A stretch of DNA of 61,120 nt, filler included, from Platydemus manokwari (Eukaryota), in the NCBI GenBank assembly GCA_037951405.1. It is 6 parts of 6 records of this genome, joined end to end, with 100 filler letters (N's around TTAATTAATTAA, not from the genome) between each part and the next. Parts side by side here need not be neighbours in the genome. Positions count along the whole stretch, not along the records: positions 39,820 to 49,002 come from JBBMOY011286761.1; positions 49,103 to 61,120 come from JBBMOY010344448.1; 4 more parts are not named here. One strand, 5' to 3'. The translations under genes and the position numbers were made by a program. Positions 42,300-53,670 of the stretch are shown here, piece by piece (the first letter of the stretch is position 1; every line of letters begins with the position of its first letter). The notes below the pieces were generated by a model. That model made no database searches. It saw only the letters and a program-made list of their open reading frames with translations, and was not told the origin of the DNA.

Positions 42300-43350
42300 G
42301 CATTAATCAAGAGGAGGCTTTTCTTTGTGCAGATGTTGCTCATGTACCCGAAGACGATAGGGCCACTATCTCCAAATATGGTTTGTTTCATTCTTTTTGG
42401 ATTGTGGTTACCTTTAAGTAGTTTCTTCCTCCACAATAATATGCATGTGTTCCTATTTGTGTGTTTTAGTAGACTCTTGTGTTCCTCCGAAACCTCATCC
42501 GATCCCGGGTCCAGTAATAAGATCTCCTCCTCTTGTGTGTTGACTATAATTAATATCCATCTTTTGCATTTCATGAGAATTCGGAACATTATAATTTGTC
42601 TATTTTTAAAGAATTTAAAACTTAGATTGTCTGTTATTTCCTCAATTTCGTCTCTTGCAATTGCTGTGGCCAGGTAAGGGTCAAGCACCAGGTATTTCCT
42701 AGCCTTGAAATCAAGTTGAGAGAGTATTCTCATATGTTTCTCAGAAAAGTAAATATAGTCTTCCTTACTAACCATCTCTCCCAAACCGTGACCGCCACCA
42801 ACTAACGAAATATTTCTCTTGTCATTGCCGATATGCCTTACTGTGTCTCTTATTTCGCTAATGTTAATGTCTGTGCATGGTTTGTTATTGGATAAGTTAC
42901 TTGCGTAACCGCAGACTAATGGACCGCAATCGTTTCCATCAGTCTGCAGTTGTCTGTTTGTATGTCTTGGCTTTTTCCTGTAAATGTCTTGTGCCAGTTG
43001 CGTGAGATCCTAATGAAATATAGCAGTAAGTCTACCTTGAATTTGATCTTTATTTTAAATGAGCTCTCGTCTCCAAGGGGGTCAAGAATTTCCGCACCCC
43101 CTGTCTTCTCACCAACTACTAATACCCAATGCATATTGTAGATGTTGACCGGTGCAAGAAACATGGATGAACGTTTAAATTCAAACATGTCCACACCAAT
43201 CTCCGGGAGGCCTACACGCTGGGTAGTAATAATTTCTACAATGTGTGTTCCAAGGTAGAAGTGTCTTTTGGTTCTTGATAAATTGTGTCTTATGTAATGG
43301 TCAATCTGGTCTCCGGTAAACCAGAAAGTGTAATCTGGTGCTGGGGACAA
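42300..43350 (-). pseudogene. Two tandem Ulp1/C48-like cysteine protease domains
   Basis: Domain 1: WFTGDQID...PVNIYNMHWVLVV...ILDPL...(frameshift)...QTDGNDCGPLVCGY. Domain 2: YFSEKHM...KRWILIIV...LLDPG...QTIFGDSGPIVFGY. Confidence 0.8.
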
Positions 43351-43389
43351 TGTGATCTTGATACCGGAGGTGTCCTCAGCACTACCCCA

Positions 43390-44601
43390 TCAACATTGTC
43401 TGTTGAATCGGGGGATTAAATTCTCATTAAGATCTGGTTTCGGTGGGCCTTGATTAGTTTTGCGGCCTGGTATGTAACTAAAGCTTTTATTTAATGGAGA
43501 TGAGCTGATTGGTGGTGTAAAGAGATCAAGTGAGGTTCCGTCGGGATTCTTTTTGTATTGGTCCATGCTTTCTTCGTCTTCGCTAGATGTTATGTATCCT
43601 ACTTTGTTGTTATTCATGTTTTTAATTGTAATGATGTTTTCATGTAGTAGCTCTTTTAGGCCAACTAATTCATTCTCGAGTCTGTCGATTCTGTCGTTTG
43701 TTGCAGGTACGACTAGAGCTGGTTTTTCCTGCGCTCCAGTGTTTGTTGATTTATCGAGGTCCACTTCTTTTTCTGAGATTGACTTAGATTTTGTTTTTCT
43801 TGATTTGCTTGGTGATTCTTTTTTATTATCATTAGCCGTATTTGTTGTTTTCAATGTAACTTGAGTGTTTATTGCGTGTGATTGAGTCTCTTGTGATCTG
43901 TTTTCCATGGTTTGGGTTGGATAAACGGTTTCAATAGTTTTTTGTGTGTTAATTTTGTGGCTTGTGTTATCGATTATTTCATCTTCTTTGCTGTCGTTTT
44001 TGCCTGTAATAGTTCTTGTTGTGTTGTCAGTGTTGTCTTTGATTATTTGTTCTTGTTTTTTCTTTTGCATCTGTTCTTGTCTTTTCATTGCTTTTCTTCT
44101 TTTTGCCATTGTTTGTGCTGAGGCTCTAGGCCCAATTACGCTGATAATGGCCTGTTTTAGATTTCTTATATTTGGCCTTGTGTATTCGCAGTTATTACAA
44201 TCTATCTTTATTGTAATTACATTATCCTTTATTTCAAGCTCCAGAGATTTATTTGGTATTTTATTCTCGTTTTGCTTATTTCTTGGATCCGTTTTATTGG
44301 GAGATCTGCCTCGATTGCCGAAATTATTTAATCTTGTTCTACTCTGATTTCTTAGGTTGTTAGCGTATCTTGGATTGTTACCTCTTGTGTTGCTAATGTT
44401 TCTTCTATTGTATGCATAACTTGTGTTGCTTGTATTTCTTCTATTGTTGTATTGATAATTGCCGCTGTCAGATCTATGTTTTCTTGTTTGACTTTCGTTG
44501 TATCGGGCATTCGGGATCCATTTGACTTTATCTGCGTAATTATTACTTGTATCTTGATATCTAAACTTGTCATTCATATTTTCATAAAATTCTTCTGGCA
44601 T
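43390..44601 (-). CDS. Retrotransposon N-terminal region (403 aa; N/R-rich then K/T/S-rich, with a short coiled-coil-like segment)
   Basis: Uninterrupted ATG-initiated ORF in the same frame as the downstream Ulp1 domain, separated from it by one TGA. Confidence 0.7.
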   Translation of the reverse strand: MPEEFYENMNDKFRYQDTSNNYADKVKWIPNARYNESQTRKHRSDSGNYQYNNRRNTSNTSYAYNRRNISNTRGNNPRYANNLRNQSRTRLNNFGNRGRSPNKTDPRNKQNENKIPNKSLELEIKDNVITIKIDCNNCEYTRPNIRNLKQAIISVIGPRASAQTMAKRRKAMKRQEQMQKKKQEQIIKDNTDNTTRTITGKNDSKEDEIIDNTSHKINTQKTIETVYPTQTMENRSQETQSHAINTQVTLKTTNTANDNKKESPSKSRKTKSKSISEKEVDLDKSTNTGAQEKPALVVPATNDRIDRLENELVGLKELLHENIITIKNMNNNKVGYITSSEDEESMDQYKKNPDGTSLDLFTPPISSSPLNKSFSYIPGRKTNQGPPKPDLNENLIPRFNRQC

Positions 44602-45411
44602 ATTTCTTCAAAAGTAAAATTTAATCGTTAGCGTTAATCTTGAAATATATATATCAATAATAATAATAATTCTTATTTATTAATTATAAATTGACTTTAA
44701 CGACACTTAAGGGCATATTTGGGTCCACAGTTACTGATGATAGCTTCTATTGATTAAACTGAACTCAACAACTATTTATTTATTTATTTAATAACTAAAA
44801 TTGGTACCTTAATGAAAAATTGAATTATTATATATTATAATTGAATTATAATATAAGAGATTCTTTCCATAATCTCCTAGCACCATTTTTCCAGTTAAGA
44901 ATTAACGTAAAACAACTGTTTGTTGTGATTGGTTGAGTATTGAAGACTACACTTTTGGAATATAATTACTGAAAAATCTAAAGGTTCGTAAATTGGTATT
45001 ATTATTATTATTTTACGATTGAGTTATAATCACTAAATCAAATTTAAATTATTAGTTATAATCATGAAGATAAATGCGTGTAATTATTTATTGAAAATAT
45101 AACGAAATACAAATCATTAAAAATAATTGAAATGAACAAAAGGATGTTTTCTCAATATCCAATGCGCAACTAAAATGGGTGACTGAGAATCCGAAAGTCG
45201 ACGGAAAAGAAGGTTGTAGAAAAATTTTAGACACCGACAAAATTTGTTAATCAAATTATATACGATATCAATTTTTGATCATATAAAATTTTTTAAGCTT
45301 AATAATTAAAATAACTTTACTCCTCTCAGTGTAGGTCAAATATTTAATTGTTCACAATAATTTAAATTTCCGATTGGTCGTGGTGCTAATCAATATCTTT
45401 GTGTAATCACA

Positions 45412-45943
45412 ACTCTTACACCAATTTCACCATCGATGATCTTGAATTGTATATTTGTATACAACTTATTTTGGGCGTGTTTGATTGCTTCACGTACCTT
45501 GCCCCACCATGTCAAACTTCTGTCTGTGCCTTTTATATGAGAGTTCAACCATTCTAACGAATCTTGTATGTTGCTCGACTTATTTGGTTGATTTCTTTTT
45601 AGTGATTCCTGGGAAATGTCTTTGATCATGTTGTGCTTGCTGGTCAATAGTGCAAGCCCATGCACTATTGATTGTATTGTGTATTCTGCTGATATACTCC
45701 GGAGTCCACAACCACCTTTTGATCTTGTCGCATATAAAAAGTTTGATGAGCAGAACTTTGGTACTCCGAGTATTTTCTTTAAGATCTTTCTCATCTGAAT
45801 GTCCATTTCATCCAATTTTGTGTATGTAACAAAGTAATTCCGGACAAAGAAGATTACTTTGCTGTGGATAAAAGTGTTGTATGCATCTATTTTCTGCCAT
45901 GGGAGTAGGATGCATTCTTGTAATTTTTCTGTGATGATCTTGA
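45412..45943 (-). mobile_element. Detached RT-thumb fragment of the same retrotransposon family
   Basis: KIITEKLQECILLPWQKIDAYNTFI...LYATRSKGGCGL...IQFKIIDGEIGVR. The last 43 bp (45412-45454) are identical to 40984-41026. Confidence 0.9.
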
Positions 45944-45944
45944 G

Positions 45945-46025
45945 TTATATATAATATAATATAACAAAATATAATATAACAAAATATGAAATATAACAAA
46001 ATATAATATATATAATATAACAAAA
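45945..46025. repeat. (ATAAT)/(ATAACAAAAT) low-complexity repeat
   Basis: Directly visible; abuts the 5' end of the RT fragment. Confidence 0.8.
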
Positions 46026-47779
46026 CATCGTCTCATATCAAAATTCTTAAATCAATTTTAATTTTATTATTATAACCCAAAGGGCTTTAAAAAGTGAGTT
46101 ATACTCTAGTAAATGTTCCGTTCCACGAAAATCTTTAGTAAAAGGCGAAAGATTTAATCGTTCGTATCATTCTTGAAACGGAACAAGAGTTACATGCTTA
46201 GACTTTTATATTACCTTTTTGTCATAGATCACATTTTAAATATAGATTATTGTGTCATTTACATACAATTAAATTCAGTCATTAGTAATAAATAGATTTG
46301 TGATTATATAATCAATTAACGATTTAATTCATTAGAAACAATGAATAAATACAATTTTATACAAAAATTATCAGGATTTCATCCTTCGAAAATAAACTAA
46401 AAACAAACTACTTATAAGTAGTATCGAAATTATATATATTATTTCTTTAGATAAATTACCAGTAAATATATTTTTCATGTTTAATTTTTGTTGAAAGACA
46501 TTAACTCATTTATGGCGATATTGACATTCATCACAACCCCTACGATGTCTAAAATGTGAATATCTAAAATACATTAATAGTTGTATAATTTATTTAACAA
46601 ACCAAAATGCCAGAAATGATTTCAATACTCAACAGATTAAAAATAATTTGGATTAATACTAAAGAAAAATTATAACAAGAATATTTTAAAATTAACTAAT
46701 TATTTGAATAATATTTAAAAACATGCACATTATAATATCGATATAGTAAATAACAAAGTCCCCAAAAAATATAGTCAGAACAAATAAAGTACATCTTTGA
46801 TGAATGCAATTTTTTGGTAAATACTTCTGGTAAAGTAACCAAATCAATTATGAAAACTAATCTAAAAATACAAGTATAAACTTAACAATAAATCAAATGA
46901 GTAAACGAGAATTGCGTAAAATCCATTTTATTTATTTAAAAATCATAATATCACTAATTCACTTTAGAGTAATTAATCTAAATAATATTCATCATTGAAG
47001 GCTGAAGTTTCTCATATGATTATAATTCATCAAGAATGCTTGTTTTGATGATTTATACAGTTAAATTAAACTTGTAATCCATTTGAATCCCATCATGAAA
47101 ACGGAAACATAGTTAAGACTAAAATAAAATCTCGAAAATCTTTTGCAATTTTCAATTTGAGATAATAATTGAATATTTAAACAAGCTCCGTCATGATAAT
47201 TAAATCAATTTTATCGAAGAATCTCATTTAGATAAGAGCAACAATAAAGTTAAAACACAACATTTTATTAATAGCATTATATAAAATGTAATAATAAGAA
47301 AAGTGGTTAAATTTAAGGTAATTCGTAACTTAAAAGTTAATTTTAAAAATTTATTCACAAATCTTTTCTTGTGATAGTTGACGAATAAAAAAACTGGAAT
47401 ATTAATACCTTGTTATCCACTTATTCACAGTAATAAATAAATTTTTTAATCATCAAATAAGTTTTTCTTAATGTGAATATTGTAAACGGATGCTATATGA
47501 AAAAACGCACAATGAAAGTGAACTGAAAAGTCACGAAACCGACTAATATCTTGATTGCAATTGTTCAAACGAATATGATTTTAAATCTTTGATATTTCTA
47601 TTGATTATGAGTCCTAACAAATACAAAAATTCATTTTAAAAGAACTTTTTTACAGGTTTTCACTACTTTAGCAATTACTATGTTTCAGATCTTTTCTTTA
47701 CATCCATTTTAGTTATTCGTCATCGTAATCATCCTTTTTTGGTTTTTTGATTGATTGGAATTCTATGCTGTCATGTGAT

Positions 47780-47900
47780 CTTTCTAGAAATCACTATATA
47801 TTCTTTCGAATAATAAGGGCCCTCATATTTCCTTTCGAGTATTGTCTTAGCCTCTTCCGTTGTCAATGAACTATCACTATGTGTCTCTCCATTTGTTTTC
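47780..47900 (-). mobile_element. Possible gypsy integrase GPY/F remnant
   Basis: Minus-strand KTILERKYEGPYY. Confidence 0.3.
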
Positions 47901-49002
47901 ACACATTTCTTTGTAATTAGGTACTGTCATACCAATATAAAAAGTGGACTTACTTCTGTTATAAAACAAAAAAATATCTAGGAATTGATGAACTTCTCTA
48001 GATATCTATTAAAAGTCAATGTACAAACCCAGACAATAGAGACTCAAAAGACTACTCAAATACTGACCAAAAATGAAAGAGAGAAATTTATCAAAGATAG
48101 ATTATGGAAAAAAATGAATTAACAAGGCAGTGACCACGATGAGTACAGAGTGAATAATATATATTGTAAAATAAATTTGCTCAAATTTAATACACGTAAT
48201 TTACTCTACGGTACTTGATGAGTCAGATATTGATAAAATTATCTAACCATATACCTACTCTCACAGCTTAAGAGATTCGTGATAATTATCGCGAAAACAA
48301 GGAATAATCTATTTCCGTGGGTTGTGATAAGACTAGACTTGTATTTCCAAGATTGTGTACGGAATCGATCAGTTTTTGGTAAACTGACAGAACCTTATTT
48401 AAGTTTTTGTGTTGTACATTACTGCATTAAATATAACATAAGCATAAATTACTGTTTTTTGGAGTCAGATAAATAAGTTAACGAGTAATGTTGCGTGACA
48501 TACCCGGTAAATCCAATAATTATTTGAACAAATTACTATATAAAATCGAATTATAAAATCTTTTAATTTTTCTTTCTTTTTTTAAATCTTTCATTTTTTC
48601 AAAAATCACCAACCTTATTTTAAAAAAACTCACAATGACGAAAATTCAATAACGATAATTTTGCTGGGGTTCTGGTTCAACTAGTTGATTAAAAACAATT
48701 GATTTACATTGAAAAATGTGTACATGATAGTGCGTATCGAATGTGTATTTATAATAATCATTATTTATATACGTAAAATAATATTTTTAATAAAATCCCT
48801 AATTGAAAACCCGTCGAAATCTTCTAGAAAAATAAATTAATTTATAAAATATCAATATGTAATGAGATATAAATAATTAATAAATATAATAAAAATTATA
48901 TAATAAATTGTCATCTGTCTCTGCGCATGAAAATTCTGTGGCAGAATAAAATATATCGCTCGATTAAATTTAATCGAGAGATATTTTCTCTGCTTAATAA
49001 AT

Positions 49003-49102
49003 NNNNNNNNNNNNNNNNNNNNNNNNNNNNNNNNNNNNNNNNNNNNTTAATTAATTAANNNNNNNNNNNNNNNNNNNNNNNNNNNNNNNNNNNNNNNNNN
49101 NN
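49003..49102. other. Artificial contig spacer
   Basis: 44N-TTAATTAATTAA-44N. Confidence 0.97.
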
Positions 49103-49169
49103 AATGAGATATTAACTAAATTATACGAATAAATCAAACATAGCAGTTATATATAAAATTATCTTATCC

Positions 49170-50330
49170 AAAAAAAATTCATTATTACGAAAAAAGGTTA
49201 AAGGACCCCTTTTCTTAACTTAAACCAAATATCGATTTAATTACTAATATGATATAATATTGAGAGATATTTGTACTTAAAAATCCATATTATTTATTAA
49301 AACAAGCTGATTTTATATAATCCTTGACATTTATTTATGGATTCCGCTAATATGTTTAGATATTCAAATATTCTGTTTCGCTTGTCTAAATATTTATTCT
49401 AATTTGTGATTCTTTTCATTTGTCAATTGGAATTATTGCATTGATGGTCTTTTTATTAAAGATTGTGAGTTTATAAATTTATAACTGTGAATATCCTCAT
49501 CTATGTGAACGATATTCGTCCAGGACTAATAAAAACTTATACTAAAATCTATATTAAAATCACGACATGTTATAAATAAATCACTTGTTATAAATAGCAC
49601 ACTTCTTTTTTTGACATTGATTGTTGATTAGAGGTGTTGGAATACTTCTGAACAATTAATTAATCGTTGATCCCAAAAACTTGAAGGTTATAAACTTTAT
49701 TTCCGAACTGCGTACTGATCAGTAGGACTTATAAAATACTTAAGTACTTCCAAGCGTACTTCGTTGCATCGATATTTATGTCTGTGTGTGATTCTTGTAT
49801 CATGCTTGTATCACATTTTGATTTGATCTTTGTGATCCATGTAATGACAAAGGACATAGATGATGATGATATCTCAAATATAATCCTAACAATGGTATAC
49901 TACAGAATTCTGGTAAATGTGACTCACCGTTCTATATTGTTGACTAGAGTAAGCATCATCACATAATAGAATCGACAAATCAATTGCACATTGACTATAA
50001 GGTTATTAATCTCTAAGTGCGTGTACATATAAATATATTAAATTTATAATTTTTGTGTATCGAATTTTTCGCAAATCAAAATTTAATACAAATGTCCTGA
50101 ATTTGTAAAGTGTATTTCAATTATCGATAATAGAAAAATTAATATATTACTATGAAGAGTGAGCATAACGTGTGTTGGGCTGTAATCGATGTTTGTAGAT
50201 GTTTCACTTCGGCTATTTTACTCTTCCATCCACCATATGAGCTGATGATGGTGGGAATCTTTACATTTCCATTATGTTCACTATCTGAATGTGGTAATAG
50301 TCGGTTTAAGGTTTCCAAACACATGTATAT
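49170..50330 (-). mobile_element. Repeat family copy 2, probable Penelope-like 3' end
   Basis: Colinear blocks shared with 19330-20040. Minus-strand ISSYGGWKS...TLYKF...YIYMYTHLEI weakly resembles the PLE LPY.G..S / VVYKF.C / YIG.T.R.L region. Confidence 0.45.
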
Positions 50331-53300
50331 GTTGTACTCTATTCAGACAGCAAAAGAACAGATAGTGTACCAGAAAATGATAAATCACCCATGCCTGTTA
50401 ACCCATATAAGCAATGGAACAAGAAAATCGCCGAGACAGAGTCAGCAAGTCACAAAAACACGTCCTAGAAATACGGGTTCGCAAATACAAAAGGTGACAG
50501 TTGGAAAAAACTCAACACTTGACAACGGTAGCCCAGTTTGAAAAAAGGTTTTGATAAGTTAAAGTAAACAAATGGACTGTCGATCTCAAACTTAAAATTT
50601 CAATCTAATACAATTTCTGGTTTTTAGAACATTCATTTAGCATTGACATCGATAATATTCTTGTATGGTTTGGGGAATACTTATCTCTGAATATTACGAT
50701 TTTTATTCTGACATTTTTGATTTTGATAGCGATTTTGTAAATTGTATAAATTTGATTTTGTAAAAATATAGTCTAAATGATTATAATATATATGAAAGTT
50801 AAATTGTTATTCAAGAGATTCCAAAAACGAAAAAGTAGAATAAGAAAAATCAAAGAAAGATATATTAATAAAGTTATATAAATTTATATTTTCTGATGTC
50901 AAAAATTTATCATTTTTTTATTTTCAAATGTCAAAAAATTTCATTGAAATGACGGTATAAAGTTCCAAAAAGGATAATTTTTCCCAATAGCCAATGGGTA
51001 CAGAGTTCCCAACAACGATCATATAAGTTGAAGTGAAGTGACCACAAAACACTAAATAAAATTTTGAATTCTAATGTTTCAGCTGCGAAATACTCGAATT
51101 CCATATATTTGAATCTAACTTGAGAGTAGAAAGAAGCTTGAAGTAGTGATCAATAATAAATATTGAACTTATGCAATTGATTACAATCAATAATATTTCT
51201 TCGATAAAAACATTGTTGATAATTAACTTAATTGTAACCCGTCAAAAGATCGAAGCCTTTCGGAAAAAAATATCAAATTTAAAAATCCATTCTTCTAAAA
51301 TCATTAAGGTGATACTTAAGTTCTGGCACTCTCAGCAAGATAACTGCACTCATTTTTGATAAATTCTTTGTTTGAGTTAACCAGTGTGTAAAAAATTGTG
51401 ACTTTTTTTCTTCAATAAAAGTTTTAAAAGAGTAATTGCGATGTTGTGATTTAATAATTCCTTTATAAAATAAAAATACTTATCGATTACCATACGTCAT
51501 ATAAGCAACATGAGAATATAAAGTAGTTGGAAAGCTAGAGGTATTAAACAAAATATAGTGGAGAAATAAAATAATTATAATAGCACATGAAATAATGGAA
51601 ATAAATAAAAGTCCAGCGAATAACATTTATTAAATTTTCATTAAAACTAAGTTTAATAAATCTATCATTGTAAAAGTTCTACCTTGAATCCTAATCAACT
51701 TGGATCTAATAAAAACTAAAATCTTAAAACCAACGATCGATCTTATAGAAATGGTTACGATGCCTTTGGACCTAACCACCAATCAAATCTGTTCAGGATT
51801 CTTAAGGTCACTGTTTCCAACCTGTTTATTTGTCTAAATTGTCAACTATGGTTATTTAAATTTTAATGCTATTTATTTAATTGTAATCGTTGTAAAAATA
51901 ATATCTTTTTTAAATCAACTCATTTATTTTATTTATAATATAGCCTCATATCTAGTTTATAATATACATGCACGTTTTGAAGTCACGTGTATAATTAAAA
52001 ACTATTATTGAAAATAAATCAGAGCTCTACTGATAAATTTGATGCCCAATTAATTCTCATATATTTTTCAAACCTAACTGTATAAAACCAATAAAACTGT
52101 ATTATTTGTCAGGAATTGCAATAAAAATTTTATCAATTAAGTATGTTCACTTATTTAGTTGGAAGTTTGCTATTTAGTTCCATAATTTCATGTATATATC
52201 ACTTTCATTCATCATCTTTTTAGGATATCTTAATGTATTTATAAATCAATCGAGACTGACACGAATAAGACAATAGAAGTCGCAGTATTGGGAATTAAAT
52301 CAGTAAAATAATTGACCATGTCGTTTCGGTTGTCTCGTATAGGTTTATGAAAATCATCGATCAATTAAGGTTAAATTACTACATGGAGGTCGTAAAGAAC
52401 TCAACAGGCTGATATATGTCGTAAACAGTGAGGTTCACTTTAATTTTGATAGAAAAATGATGATAATAGAAACCAACAACCCCAAAAAAGTGACAATGGA
52501 GTGACAGTTTAAAAAATGCTCGGGCAGTTTGATTGAATAAACAATTTCTTAAACGTCATAGATTTCACCATCATGGCTGATTCTAATAATAATCTTTACT
52601 GTACATCATGTGAACATATTACATCCACACAAGTATTGCTTATTTGCTGTAATGAATAAAATATAAAGTGTTTATCTATTAATAAGTTAGATGTTAGTAT
52701 TAATATTGAAAACACTCATGCTGTTAAGTTTTTGTAAAGTTGTAATCATCATTTATAGAAACTTAAAATGTGAATTTCTCTTAATACATTTTAGTTGATT
52801 GTGTGAACTATTTCTTGTAAATAGAATGTAAGTATAAAGCAAATATTTTTAGAGAGAATGATATTTGGTAATAAAATGAACTAACATTGTACAAATTTTT
52901 ATTTGTTAAAGATATAGAAAACATAACAGAGCTATAATTTAAGCTTTGTGACAAGTTGATAGTTCATTTACATAGATATTAGATATTAATGGCATAATTG
53001 TAGAAGTAAACCTTTTTGTACTTAGATATTTTAATCCATTTTAAACTCCAAACTTCATTGAAAAGTCGAGATTTTTAAGGATCACATTCATCCTAACATA
53101 TGAAAGTAAAGCACTAAGAACTGCGCAAAAATATTAGGAGTTACAACCATAGATAATGAAATTCTAAAATTAATCTAGTTACACTCTTATGTCCAAGTAT
53201 GCAAATAAGTTTTCGTTTCCGCAAATATTATTTTTATATAACATGAATGGGTCTACATATATAAAATTAATTTCCTCAGAAAAAAAACTTTTTGCAGTCA

Positions 53301-53670
53301 CCACAGAATTTTTACATAGGGATATAAATAATAAAATAAACTGGAAATAGTAAAAGTTAAAATATTTTTTAGAATTAAAATTGTATTATCATTATTTATG
53401 ATGTACAAATACTATGTTAATAATATCTTCAATTATTAATTATAAAAAATAGCATTATAAAGTAAATTTTGCATTTATAAATTAAAAATTGTAAATTCCT
53501 GTTTAATAATCTTAAAATTTTAGTAAATTTTTTTAAAATCTCTCAAATTTAAATGAATTAAAATTTCAATAATAAAATTAATGTATAAATTTGTTCCATT
53601 AATTGTTTATATTATCCTATTTATTCAAATTTTAACTTTTGGTTATTTTTTGAAGTTTTATAATTTTTAA

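Larger units (their letters stand above)
39873..44601 (-). mobile_element. R2-superfamily (NeSL-like) non-LTR retrotransposon: N-terminal low-complexity region - Ulp1 - Ulp1-like - RT - CCHC - restriction-like endonuclease; defective copy, 5' end undefined
   Basis: RT motifs SAPG, IPEDW...TIMIPK, WRPIALL, Q..L....GC.EH, FLDIEEAFPSI, GVRQGCPISMLLFN, LAYADD. C-terminal CRKC...ETQTHVFTMC, RH, E, RVDL, IDVKCP, KY, GVFGAW match the RLE PD-(D/E)xK domain. Ulp1 upstream of RT is a known feature of NeSL-clade elements. Lesions: in-frame TGA at 43390-43392, frameshift near 43010, and a deletion right after YADD. Confidence 0.93.

Noticed and set aside
42126-44347. Long + strand ORFs (42126..42677, 43553..43864, 43946..44347) as membrane proteins
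   Set aside because: They are antisense shadows of the A-rich retrotransposon coding strand, with no motifs.
44602-45411. SL RNA, U2 snRNA or rDNA target site, or a 5' HDV/hammerhead ribozyme, for the NeSL-like element
   Set aside because: I recognised no such sequence; the CTGATGA at ~44734 has no matching stem II-GAAA.
52480-53100. CGGBP1/hAT-like zinc-finger remnant (NLYCTSCEH)
   Set aside because: Only a few residues of similarity, with no TIRs or TSD found.
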